Origin: a virus
Length of the DNA stretch: 64,000 bases
Reading direction: 5' to 3' (one strand)
Virus record (IMG/VR): IMGVR_UViG_3300003321_000691
Span: 32,001-96,000 of that record
The notes under the pieces are model-generated. The model ran no database searches. It saw only the letters and a program-made list of their open reading frames with translations, and had not been told where the DNA came from. Each line of letters begins with the position of its first letter. Positions within the stretch are counted from its first letter, which is position 1. The position numbers and the translations under genes were made by a program. Of the stretch, positions 38,768 through 48,304 are shown one piece after another.

Positions 38768-41722
38768 CTAGTCCAAGCACCCGAAAGTACTGTGCAAGAT
38801 AGGTGGGCACGGAATGGGTTCCGAGGACTTACCCGAATCGAGTGCGTAGTAGTGGTCCGACATCTTGGCGGCGTAGGCCTGGATCTCCGCCTTGTGCTCG
38901 GCCAGTGTCTGTTTCTGGCTGTCGTTCACCGGCTTGTAGATGTCGTGGCACCAGTCACCCCACTTGTCCTCGCGCGGCGTGCGGACCTGGATCTCCTTCA
39001 TCAGACCGTCGTGGTCCTTGATGGTGAGGTGCACCGAGCGGTACCCGCCCTCTTGGGGCTTCTCGATGTAGTTGGACTCCTCGACGACGTGGAAGTGCCG
39101 CTTGATGGCGTCGACGTTGGCGTGGACCCCGGCCACGTCCTTGGCGATCATGCGGAACCCGGTGCCATCCCAGAGGTCGCCCGGCTTCTGGTACTTCGGC
39201 TTGCGCTCCATCTTACCCAGCGCGCTCTCCAGCTCCTTGACGCGGCCCTTGACGGCCGTGCCTGGCACAGCGATCTCCTGGAGCTTGGCCTCGGTGCCGG
39301 CGAACGACGCGCGGTGCTGGGCGAGGAACTCGTGCATCGCCTGCCTGTGCGCCTCCACGCGGGCCGAGAGCTTGATCGGGCCGTGGCCCGAGCCGGAGCT
39401 GGTCGGCGTCATCGGCGAGCTGCCACCACCCGAGGTCCACTTGCCGCTGGGGTCGCGTGCCTCGTTCTCGTCGTAGTCGGCACGGACGCCCTGCTTGGCG
39501 AAGTACTCGCGGATGGCGTTGCCACCCTCGACCGTCGACGACATGTCGAAGTCGACGTAATCCCCGCTAGTGTTGCGGGACTGGAGGTGCTTGGTCAGGT
39601 CCTCGACCTTGGCGGAGCCGAGCTTCTCGGCCTTCCACGCGCCGCCTTGCGGGAAGCTGTAAACCACGCTGCCGTTGCCGCCGCTGCGCTTCTGCGCTTC
39701 GCGGCCGACCAGGTGCTCGTCGTCGGAGCCGGAGGTGCGCCGGCCCTGGTTCATGAAGGCGTACTTGCCCGGATTGTCGCCGAGCGTGACCTTGTACGCG
39801 GTCACGGTGTCGCCATAGCCACCGGCTGGTGCGGGGCCGTCGCCTTGGGCACGGCCGATGTGACCGGCCACCGCGTTCGCGTTGCCGGCGTTCTTGTTGC
39901 CGAGATCGGCGCTCTTGCCCGAGCCGAGGCGGTAGACCACGAACGAGTCGCCCGCCTTTGGCTCCTTGTCGCCGGTCTCGTCACCCGAGTGGGTGAGTGG
40001 TGCGCCCGATGCAGTCCACCGCCCGCCCTCGTCGCGCGGGTGCTTGGCCTCGTCGTAGTCATCGGCACGGAATCCGCCGGTGCGTGGCACGCGGAATGGG
40101 TTCTTGCCGGCGCGGTCACCGTTGGCCTGCACATACGGCTTGGGCGGAGTCTCTGGGTCGGGGGCGGCCGGCTCACCCGGAGGCGTGGTCGGATCGGACG
40201 GATCGAAACTGCCCGGCGGCGGGGGCGGCTGATACTCCGGGTCGAGCCTGCCCATCGCACGGAGGTCGTCCTCGGTGACCGGGCCAGACGCCGCGGCTTC
40301 CTGGTTCTCACGAGCGTCGAAGTCGATAGTGATCTCGGGGTTCCACTCGCCCGAGCCCCAGTGCGAGTTGGCCACTTCCTCGGCGGACACGACCTGGCGG
40401 TCGAGCCAGATGGCGTCGGCCTGGGCCGAGACGAGCATTGCCTGGGCGCGGTCCTTGGCGCTCTCCTGCCACAGAGGCTTAAAGCGGACGTTCCACTTCG
40501 GCGGCTCTTTCTTGTCGCCGGTCGTGCGGAAGATGATCTTGATGAGCTGCGTGAGCTGGGGGAGGAGCTTCTCGCGCTGGTACGCGGCGACGCGGTCGTA
40601 GAAGAAGCGGATGTCGCTCTCGCCGGTGGCGTTGAGGCCACTGGGGCTGGTGCCGAACAGAAGCGTGAGCGGCATGTCTGCCGACGCGGCGAGGCGCGTG
40701 GAGAACTTGTCCATCAGGTCCGGCAAGCCGGCGATGGGGGTCTGCGTGCGCTGATAGTCGTCGTCGGAGTCGATGACCGTCGCATTGATCGTCGACGACG
40801 CCATGTCCATGGCCCCGAGGCGCTCCTGGAACAGGGTCGCGCCATCCTCGGACGCGAGCGTGTCCCACAGGTCCTTCATCTTGTAGACAGCCTTGGCGAA
40901 CTCCGAGACGAGCACACCGGCCGAGCCCCACGCGAGGTTGAAGTCGCGAAGGACACGCCACATGCGGACGAGCACCGAGTCGCCCCAGCCGCCTTGCGCC
41001 GCCATCGTTTGGTACCGGCTCACGCGCTGGCCAGGGAACACCAGGAGGCGGCTCTCGTGGATGTCGAACACCGTCTGCGAGTATTGGCCGCCGGCCGGGG
41101 GCAGAATGGCGCGAGAGGTCAGGCGGTAGATCTCGGGCTGGCCGTACTTGGGGGCCCGAGGGTCGGCGTAGCCGTAGACCGGATACAGCTCTCGCGGCTC
41201 CAGCGGCGTCAGCCAGTCGAGCGAACGTACCTTGTCGAGGTCGAGCGGCTTGGTCAGGTCGGTCTGACCGTCGTTGGCGCCGATGAGGACCGCGCCACCG
41301 CCAAGGCCGCGCTCGTACGAGAGGCCGACGCGGATGATGTGGTTCGCGCCCAGGACGTCGAGCTTGTCCAGGACTTCGGCGACGCGGTCAGCCTCGGCCT
41401 GGCCGTCCGCCTCTTCGTCGTCGGTCTCGGGGATGACGACGTCGTAGCCCTCGCGGAGGGCTTCCTTGGGCATGGTCTCGACGGCGCGGGCCGCGAGGTC
41501 ATCGCCACGCCACAGCTCGGCTAGTTGGTCGAAGGTGAGCGTCGCTGCGCGGAAGGAACTGCCCTCGCGCTTGTCCCGGCCGTAGACGCCCAGGCCCGTG
41601 AACGCGTTCATCCATCCAGCGTCGATACGCCGGACCTTCGGCTTGCCTCCTGGGTTGCCGGAGCTACCTGGGGCGAACTTTCCGCCATCGGTGCGTGCCG
41701 GCTTCTTCGGACCCTTGGCCAT
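38768..41722 (-). CDS. portal protein (DUF1073-like) fused to an unknown domain and a C-terminal RelA/SpoT synthetase
   Basis: IHESRLL.F.G, GWGDSVL, PLT.LFG.SP.GLNATGESD..FYD.V...Q, F.PLWQ; synthetase GRVK...S, D..GFR, GYRSVH, EIQVRT. Confidence 0.9.
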   Translation of the reverse strand: MAKGPKKPARTDGGKFAPGSSGNPGGKPKVRRIDAGWMNAFTGLGVYGRDKREGSSFRAATLTFDQLAELWRGDDLAARAVETMPKEALREGYDVVIPETDDEEADGQAEADRVAEVLDKLDVLGANHIIRVGLSYERGLGGGAVLIGANDGQTDLTKPLDLDKVRSLDWLTPLEPRELYPVYGYADPRAPKYGQPEIYRLTSRAILPPAGGQYSQTVFDIHESRLLVFPGQRVSRYQTMAAQGGWGDSVLVRMWRVLRDFNLAWGSAGVLVSEFAKAVYKMKDLWDTLASEDGATLFQERLGAMDMASSTINATVIDSDDDYQRTQTPIAGLPDLMDKFSTRLAASADMPLTLLFGTSPSGLNATGESDIRFFYDRVAAYQREKLLPQLTQLIKIIFRTTGDKKEPPKWNVRFKPLWQESAKDRAQAMLVSAQADAIWLDRQVVSAEEVANSHWGSGEWNPEITIDFDARENQEAAASGPVTEDDLRAMGRLDPEYQPPPPPGSFDPSDPTTPPGEPAAPDPETPPKPYVQANGDRAGKNPFRVPRTGGFRADDYDEAKHPRDEGGRWTASGAPLTHSGDETGDKEPKAGDSFVVYRLGSGKSADLGNKNAGNANAVAGHIGRAQGDGPAPAGGYGDTVTAYKVTLGDNPGKYAFMNQGRRTSGSDDEHLVGREAQKRSGGNGSVVYSFPQGGAWKAEKLGSAKVEDLTKHLQSRNTSGDYVDFDMSSTVEGGNAIREYFAKQGVRADYDENEARDPSGKWTSGGGSSPMTPTSSGSGHGPIKLSARVEAHRQAMHEFLAQHRASFAGTEAKLQEIAVPGTAVKGRVKELESALGKMERKPKYQKPGDLWDGTGFRMIAKDVAGVHANVDAIKRHFHVVEESNYIEKPQEGGYRSVHLTIKDHDGLMKEIQVRTPREDKWGDWCHDIYKPVNDSQKQTLAEHKAEIQAYAAKMSDHYYALDSGKSSEPIPCPPILHSTFGCLD

Positions 41723-41723
41723 G

Positions 41724-41738
41724 GCAAGAACCATGCCA
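41724..41738 (-). promoter_or_regulatory. sigma54-consensus -24/-12 box at head of late operon
   Basis: TGGCATG-GTTC-TTGC. Confidence 0.5.
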
Positions 41739-41770
41739 CGGCCGCGGCCCTCAGTCCATTCGCTCAGGGT

Positions 41771-41992
41771 CTAAGGGAGCGGAACCCTTACCTCGCTGTG
41801 GAGCCTGAGCTGCCAGGCTGAGGCCACAATCTCGCCACGGTCAACTTTACACTCGACCTGGGACTCTGGGAGGAGCTGCTTGAGCCGGGCGTGCACCGCC
41901 CGGCAGTATGCCAAGAGGTCTTCGCCGTGGATATCGAAGTCCACGTCCACGAGAGCACGCTCGATGTTGTAGTGGAGATCGAACTCGGTCAC
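41771..41992 (-). CDS. hypothetical protein
   Basis: GTGA-coupled. Confidence 0.45.
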   Translation of the reverse strand: MTEFDLHYNIERALVDVDFDIHGEDLLAYCRAVHARLKQLLPESQVECKVDRGEIVASAWQLRLHSEVRVPLP

Positions 41993-42429
41993 AGCGTAGG
42001 TCCGGCGTACGCTGGGCGTGGGCTTTGCTGCGCCCAGTACGCTTGCACGTGCTTGTCAGGGACCCAGGACTTGGCAGTGATGATTTGCTCGCAGCATCCG
42101 GAGCGGTGCTCGGTGCACATCTCCGGGGCGTTGCCGCAGTGGTACCGCGCCTGGTTAATGCACCCGTCGACGGCACACGCACGGCCAGTGTCACCGCACC
42201 AGTGCAGATCAGCCCACAGCTCCGGCCCTTTTTCGGGGTCACCTGCTTCGTCCCACTCGACGCAGATCTCGCACGCTAGATTGCCGCAAACGGTGAGACC
42301 GCAGTTACGCGAGGTGTGGCTCTGCCACCAGCCGATGCAGTCGATTGGACATCCCGCTGCCACCAGCTCGGCGACGGCCTGAAGGCGCAGCTTGGCCACC
42401 GCGTTGGCTGCCTGAATGGCTGCGTTCAC
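41989..42429 (-). CDS. Cys-rich hypothetical protein
   Basis: multiple CxxC; GGAG RBS. Confidence 0.5.
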   Translation of the reverse strand: MNAAIQAANAVAKLRLQAVAELVAAGCPIDCIGWWQSHTSRNCGLTVCGNLACEICVEWDEAGDPEKGPELWADLHWCGDTGRACAVDGCINQARYHCGNAPEMCTEHRSGCCEQIITAKSWVPDKHVQAYWAQQSPRPAYAGPTL

Positions 42430-42613
42430 GCCTCTCCTCCGTGCTCGGGTTGGGTGCCGCAGTCCTGGCAGTCGTCCCACGGACGGCCGTGGAGGCAGCG
42501 CGGATGCGGGGCCTGGTCGACGGCCTGGCGCATGGCGTGCGCCTCCAGGAGCTGGAGCCATTTCTGGAAGCGGGTCTTGGGATTGATCTTGGGGGTCTGA
42601 GCCTGGTCGTCGC

Positions 42614-43108
42614 TCACTTGGTCCTCTTGGTCTTCTTCGTAGCACGCTTGAGGCCGGGGCATCCATGTTTCGCGGCCCATCGCTCGAATGCGGCCTCATC
42701 CTGGCGGTTCCAGCTAGATAGTACGTAATTGAACACGTGCATGGCATCCGCCACGTGGTTCACATAATGTCCGGCTTGCCGAGCAATCGCGCGTAGTGCT
42801 GAGTCGGTCAACCGACGCATCCAGATCACGCGACGCGAGCTGCCAACGAACTTGCGGTCTTTGTGTGTGGTGGCGCCACCGACGACGACGCGACAGAGCC
42901 AGGGACGGCGTTCTTTATTCGGTCCCTTCTGGGCCAACTCCCACATGCAGTGGAGGATGGACGTCGCGGCGTGCATACCGTGATGGCATAGACGTGGCTT
43001 GCCAGAAACGCGCAAGGTTTTGCCAACCTCGACGCGCCTGCCATCGCCGTAGTTCAGGCGACGGTTAGCCCCGACCAGGTGCCAACCCAAGCGCGTGTGA
43101 CCCTTCAC
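42614..43108 (-). CDS. hypothetical phage protein
   Basis: GWH...L.YGDGR.VEVG...LC..GMHA. Confidence 0.55.
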   Translation of the reverse strand: MKGHTRLGWHLVGANRRLNYGDGRRVEVGKTLRVSGKPRLCHHGMHAATSILHCMWELAQKGPNKERRPWLCRVVVGGATTHKDRKFVGSSRRVIWMRRLTDSALRAIARQAGHYVNHVADAMHVFNYVLSSWNRQDEAAFERWAAKHGCPGLKRATKKTKRTK

Positions 43109-44193
43109 TTGCTCCTCCGTGCCTTGATGATCGCCTTGACCAAGGCGACCTTGCCGCCGGGGAGCTTGCTCGCGCCGACGATCTTGAGATGCGTGGCGTA
43201 CACGCGGAGGCTGTCGATGGTCTCGTCGATCAGCTTGCGAGGGGTGAGCTTGGCGAGCGAGCGGACCGACTTCACCTCGACGTTGCGTGTCTTCTTCGGC
43301 AGGTTCTCCGGGTCGATGACGTACAGATCGGGGTGGTAGTCTTCGCCACGATCGGTCTGCTCGTCACCCTCGGCAAACTCGTCCGCCTCCTCTTCGGCAG
43401 AGGTCGGCTCGGGGATGTCACTCGGGTCGGCCACCGTGTCCGGGAGGTCGACGCCCACGTCGAGGCCCACGACCTCGTACTCGCAGACGCGCATCTTTTG
43501 GAACGAGGAGTCCTTCGGGATGCACACCACGTTCTCTGGCTTCACGCGGCAGATGACCGTCTGGCCTTGGCCGAACCCCCGAGCGTACTCGGCGGCGCCG
43601 ACGTGCAGACCCTCGTGGCACGGGGTGTCCGCATCATCGGAGATCTTGTTGCGGTCCATACGGATGACCGCACCCGGCGCGTTCGAGATCGTGCCCGAGT
43701 GGCAGTCGAGGAAGTCCGACCTCACACCCTTGTACGCGAGGAACGTGCCGTCCTGCTCGATCGGGATCCCGATGTGCTGGAGGAACGGGTAGAGCTGCTG
43801 GACCGACCGCCAGCTCGGGTTCTGCTGGAGGCGTCCGAAGAAGCGGAGCAACGGACGGGGGTCTTCACCCCTGGACGCCATCGCCGACGCCCGAGTCTGG
43901 AACCCCTCCGGGAGAGGCTCGCCTTTGAACGTGATGGCACCGTTGTCGTTGACTGCGAAGCCGTCGAGCAACGTGTTGAGCGTGTGGTCATCCGTCGACT
44001 GCGACAGGTACGAGAGCAGCGCTCCACCGCGGGTGGTCGACTGCATGATGAGATCCCAGTTGGGGTCGTCCTTGCCCAGCTCGACGCGAATGATCGCGTA
44101 CTGGGTCGTGCCCTTTTGGAAGACCTTGGGGGCGCCGTCGATGATCAGCGTGACGGAGTCGGGGGTCAGGTTGAACGGGATAGGTTGCATCAC
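43105..44193 (-). CDS. rIIB: rIIB-like protein
   Basis: NPS..SV.QLY.FL, DG.FLAYKGV..D..D.HSG, C..GLHV, V.PE.VV.IP.D...KMRVC.YEV. Confidence 0.85.
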   Translation of the reverse strand: MMQPIPFNLTPDSVTLIIDGAPKVFQKGTTQYAIIRVELGKDDPNWDLIMQSTTRGGALLSYLSQSTDDHTLNTLLDGFAVNDNGAITFKGEPLPEGFQTRASAMASRGEDPRPLLRFFGRLQQNPSWRSVQQLYPFLQHIGIPIEQDGTFLAYKGVRSDFLDCHSGTISNAPGAVIRMDRNKISDDADTPCHEGLHVGAAEYARGFGQGQTVICRVKPENVVCIPKDSSFQKMRVCEYEVVGLDVGVDLPDTVADPSDIPEPTSAEEEADEFAEGDEQTDRGEDYHPDLYVIDPENLPKKTRNVEVKSVRSLAKLTPRKLIDETIDSLRVYATHLKIVGASKLPGGKVALVKAIIKARRSK

Positions 44194-46364
44194 ACTTCCT
44201 CTTTCTTCTCAGCGTTGAAACGGTCGACGAGCTGGATGTATTTCGCCCAATTCGCGAGGCGCTCGTCACGCTCCTTACGATGGTTGTAGTTCCAGATGAT
44301 CTCGATCCCGCCGTCGCGATACTCGCCCGCTTCCTTGAGCAGCGGGTACGCCGCGGAGATGGCCTCGTAGGCTGCCTGGGCCTCGCACGCGCCTTGGTGC
44401 ACCCCGTTCGCGCGGCCGAGGTCCAAGAGCACTCTGCGGGTTTGGCCATGAACTTCCTTGATGCGTCGCGCAGAGCGCATCGAGTTGCGGACGTACTGCG
44501 AGATGATGTGCTTGCCGCCGAAGGTCTTGATGACGCGGCCCAAGAACTTGTCCGGAGCCGACGAGGCGGGGCCGATCTCCGCCCAAAGGATCTCCTGGAT
44601 GGTACTCATGCGCTCGGGGGTCGCGAGACCCGCAAGCCACGTCTTCCGCCAGACGCTGTACTCGGTGCCGGCGAGCTTGCTGCGGTCGAGCGGCTTCTTG
44701 TGCGTCTCCTTGTACCCGAAGATGGTCGGCATCTCGACATCAAGCGCGTCGGCGATGGCCTTGTCCTCGCGGTAGGTGTTGTAGAACCCGTCCGAATCGA
44801 ACTTCTCCAGGACGACGTAGACGTCGCTATCCTCCGGGGCGCGAGTGACCGCTTCCCAGTGGTCGGAGTACGGCTTGGTGAACCGGGTCGAATTACCCTT
44901 GAATGAGAACATCATCGCACGGTGCTTGGCGCGAAGCTCGGGCGACTTGAAGCCCGGCACGAACGGGGCGTTGAAGTGAAGTGTCGACAGACGGGCGACA
45001 CGTGCGCCTTCGAGCCGGCAAGCCTTCAGGGTCGCGGTGAGCGTGGCTTCGAGCGCTGCGGTCTCGGCCTCGGTCGGAGCAGCCTTGCCTTGGTTCTTGG
45101 CGCGGACCACGTAGTCGAAGTGATCGAGTGAGTAGCCCGCCAGCTTCTTGCCCGTGTCATCGATGAGGAACCGGAGAGCCTTGTCGACGGTGACCTGATT
45201 GGTCGTCGCGTCGTTGCGCACGAGGCGGAACGGGCCGCCGCTCTTGCCGTCGGGGCCAATGTCGCTGTCGTCGAACAGCTTGACCCAGCTCTTGCCAAGG
45301 TCTTGGTATTCGTCGGGCAGATCGAGGTCCAGCTCCTGGAGCACGCGGACCCGGAGACGCTTTTGCCAGTCTGTCTCGGCGTCGCCGTCGAGAATTTCGA
45401 GTGCCTTGGATACGAACTCGTCGACGAGCGTCGTGAACTTCTCGACAAGCGCGTCCTTGGTCTTCTGGGTGTAGCGCAACTCCTCACGCGAGCCGGTGAA
45501 GTGGACCGCGCCCATGTCGAAGCGAAGCACGCCGGAGAGCTTGTGGAGACAGCGGTGCTCCTTCGGAAGCGTCAGCTCTTGGAGGCGCACGCGGTACGGG
45601 ACGCAGCCCATGACTGCGACCCAGCCGCCGAACGGGTTCGCGCCGCCTTCCTCGAAGCTGTAGTTGATCTCGCCCGAAGCCAGTGTCACGCGCTGATCCG
45701 GCGCAGCCGGCAAATCGGTGTTGATGGTCGGACGCGGCTCGAAGAAGCGGTAGAGCGCCTTGGCCTTCTGACGAAACTCGTACTCGTCGTCAGGTTGCGT
45801 GGCGATGACGATCTCGACGCCGGTATCGGCCGGGTCCCACGCCTCCTCGGCGAGTAGGTTGATGACGCCGCGGTCACTCGGGTCGAGCGAGGCGACGTAG
45901 GTGGACCTGAAGCCGCAACGCGGGCCCTCGAAGTCCGGTGTGAACATCTCGGCGTGACGGGAGATGACCGTGAAGCTGTCGGCGTACGAGAACGCCGACT
46001 TGGAGCCGATTCCGAGCATGCCGACCGCATCGTCGCGGTCGCGCTTGGTCGAGGCGCCGTACTGGGTGAAGACGTTGAACACGTCGTCCCGAGAGAGTCC
46101 CGGGCCCGAGTCCTTAATGCGCAGATACCGGTCGTCATCGGTTGGCAGGTGCACTTCGATCGGCACGTGGCCACGGCCGGCGACGCGGTTGGCGTCCCAG
46201 GCGTTGGCGCTGTACTCGCGGAGCACGGCCAGCTTCTTGTCGCTGTAGAGCGTGTCGCGGAGAATGCCCATGATGTGGGCCTCGTCCGCCTTGGAGATGC
46301 CGAAGCTCACGCCCGCGACAGCGCCGCCGACAGCCAGAGTCCGGTCAGTCTTCTGGGGTCTCAT
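44190..46364 (-). CDS. rIIA: rIIA-like protein (GHKL ATPase N-terminus)
   Basis: LYSDK..AVLREY..NAWDA, D.GPGLS, YGASTKR, G.LGIGSKSAFSY. Confidence 0.85.
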   Translation of the reverse strand: MRPQKTDRTLAVGGAVAGVSFGISKADEAHIMGILRDTLYSDKKLAVLREYSANAWDANRVAGRGHVPIEVHLPTDDDRYLRIKDSGPGLSRDDVFNVFTQYGASTKRDRDDAVGMLGIGSKSAFSYADSFTVISRHAEMFTPDFEGPRCGFRSTYVASLDPSDRGVINLLAEEAWDPADTGVEIVIATQPDDEYEFRQKAKALYRFFEPRPTINTDLPAAPDQRVTLASGEINYSFEEGGANPFGGWVAVMGCVPYRVRLQELTLPKEHRCLHKLSGVLRFDMGAVHFTGSREELRYTQKTKDALVEKFTTLVDEFVSKALEILDGDAETDWQKRLRVRVLQELDLDLPDEYQDLGKSWVKLFDDSDIGPDGKSGGPFRLVRNDATTNQVTVDKALRFLIDDTGKKLAGYSLDHFDYVVRAKNQGKAAPTEAETAALEATLTATLKACRLEGARVARLSTLHFNAPFVPGFKSPELRAKHRAMMFSFKGNSTRFTKPYSDHWEAVTRAPEDSDVYVVLEKFDSDGFYNTYREDKAIADALDVEMPTIFGYKETHKKPLDRSKLAGTEYSVWRKTWLAGLATPERMSTIQEILWAEIGPASSAPDKFLGRVIKTFGGKHIISQYVRNSMRSARRIKEVHGQTRRVLLDLGRANGVHQGACEAQAAYEAISAAYPLLKEAGEYRDGGIEIIWNYNHRKERDERLANWAKYIQLVDRFNAEKKEEV

Positions 46365-46379
46365 TCTTCCTCCGCCACT

Positions 46380-46408
46380 ACAGTAGGGATAGTGACGCTT
46401 ACTGGCAA
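46380..46408 (-). promoter_or_regulatory. promoter for rIIA
   Basis: TTGCCA-17 bp-TACTGT then GGAGG. Confidence 0.55.
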
Positions 46409-47811
46409 GTCCAAATCGTTCGCCCGGGCGGTCCGATTGCCGAATCCGGCGATCCCGGATTGTCGATGCCAGGCAACCCACGCCGCGCGGGACATGCCGC
46501 GCTGCGGAACCTTGCCGGCGAAGAAGTTGATGCGAGCCTGCGCAGCTACGATCGCCGCCGGGTTTCCGCTGGCGGTCGCGCGACGCGCCATCTCGCCCGC
46601 GAGCGCGTGCGGGGATAGAGCATAGAGGGCGCGGGGGATCACGCCGCCCCCTTCACTGGCTTCTTGAAGAAGTCCTTGTCTTCGGCCGTGAACGGCTCCT
46701 CGTCACGGAAGTCCTGGCCACAGCCGCGGCAACGCAGGTACGTCACGCCTCCGAAATAGCCAAGCAGCGTGGAGTGGGTACCTCCACAGCACGGACACTG
46801 AACGATCTCACCCATTGGGATCCTCCACTTCGAGCGCGCCCGTGACCTCGGCGCTGGGGCAGCCGGGGTCGGAGCACGCGGGCACCAGGACATTGCCTGG
46901 CAGGTTTAGAAGACGCGTGGCGGAGCCGGCGCAGTACGCACAATGGCCCCGGCCTTTGAGGTCGGCGCGGAAGTTGGGCTCGACCTCGATGATCACGCGA
47001 CGGCCTTGGTGGCACCGGGAGGAATCGAACCTCCCTGGGACTTTTCACCACTGACGGGGACCACCCTCGTCGGTGCCTTGATCGGGGGATGCGGACGGAC
47101 GCGCGCCCGCCTGTGCTCTTGCTTGACGTGATCGCGGAGCGCCAACTCGACGCCCTTGGCGAACTCGTCAACATTGTCCGTGGGGAACACGACGCGTCCA
47201 GCCAGCTCCGGCGTGGCCAGGCCTTCCGCCAGGCGAGCCTTGACCCATGCCGTGCCGGCCGCTTCCGAGCCGAACACGATGTCGGGATCGCAGGCCAGGA
47301 TGGCCTTGATCATCGGCACGCCCATCTGCTGAGCGATGAACGGGTCGCGGGCCCAGTGGCTCACGACACACCAGCCTTACGCAGAAGGCCGGCCACGGAC
47401 TCCTCCGAGAGGAACGGGACCAGTGGCGCGGCGCAGATGGCGATGATGTACCAGGCGAGTTTCACGCGAGCACCTTCTCGGGCGTCTTGAACGCCCAGTA
47501 ACTGGGGATTGATTCCAACGAAATGAACATGAACACCGGAGGCTCCTCTTCGACCGCAGGCTCGGTGTAGGTAGCGAGGGCCGGTTCGAGTATTTCTTCT
47601 TCCTTCACAGTGCCTCCGAGATGCCAAATGCCGTGACCGTGTGGGCGGTCATGCCGAGTTTCGTGATACCCATCTCCGGGACGTCGAGCTTGGTACTGAC
47701 GTTCCTGGCCAGGGCGACCTTGTCGGCGAAGTAGCCAACCGCGATCAGATCCTTGTGGGCCTTCAGAGCCTTTTTGGCAGCCATCTTTTTCCTCCAGTCC
47801 GTCACGACTCT

Positions 47812-47840
47812 AACGTAGGCACGACCAGGGTCGTGCGCAA
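47812..47840 (-). promoter_or_regulatory. early-type promoter
   Basis: TTGCGC-17 bp-TACGTT. Confidence 0.6.
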
Positions 47841-48304
47841 GGCCAAATCAGCAAGGTATTTCGCGTGGCCGGCCTCGCAGTTCGCGTGCATGGCCGCCCA
47901 CTTGCCATTAGCCTTGACCCGTTTCGCGCAGCGGTTGCAGAGCGCCGCGGCAGGGCAATAGCCGTACGGGCACTTGCGCTTGCGGACGCCACCAGCGACG
48001 CCGCAGTTATCGCAACAGAGCTTTCGACCCTCGTAGCAGTAGCCCATGACGTCCTCCTAGTAGACCGAGTAGACCTTCTTGGCGACCGCGACCGCCACTT
48101 TCACGGCCACGTACATGGCGCCGTAGACGGCGAGCCCACACGCGGCGACCAGCTCCAGCTTCATCGTGGCGACGAACACGGCGAACGACACGGGGGACCT
48201 CCAGGGGAAGTGGTTGGGGCGCGCTGGGCCTGCCAGACGCGCCGCCAGGTGTCACGGCCCGAAGGCCTACGGGCTTCTCGCCCGGCCACCCGCCGCTCTC
48301 CCAA

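Larger units (their letters stand above)
46361..48047 (-). other. run of about 8 small coupled hypothetical ORFs, several Cys-rich
   Basis: 46361-46642, 46639-46815, 46808-46996, 46993-47364, 47605-47805, 47802-48047 and others, with start/stop overlaps. Confidence 0.5.

Noticed and set aside
38759-41524. Long ORFs antisense to real genes (also 23621-25543, 28831-30504, 58634-60034)
   Set aside because: GC-rich shadow frames with no recognisable motifs.
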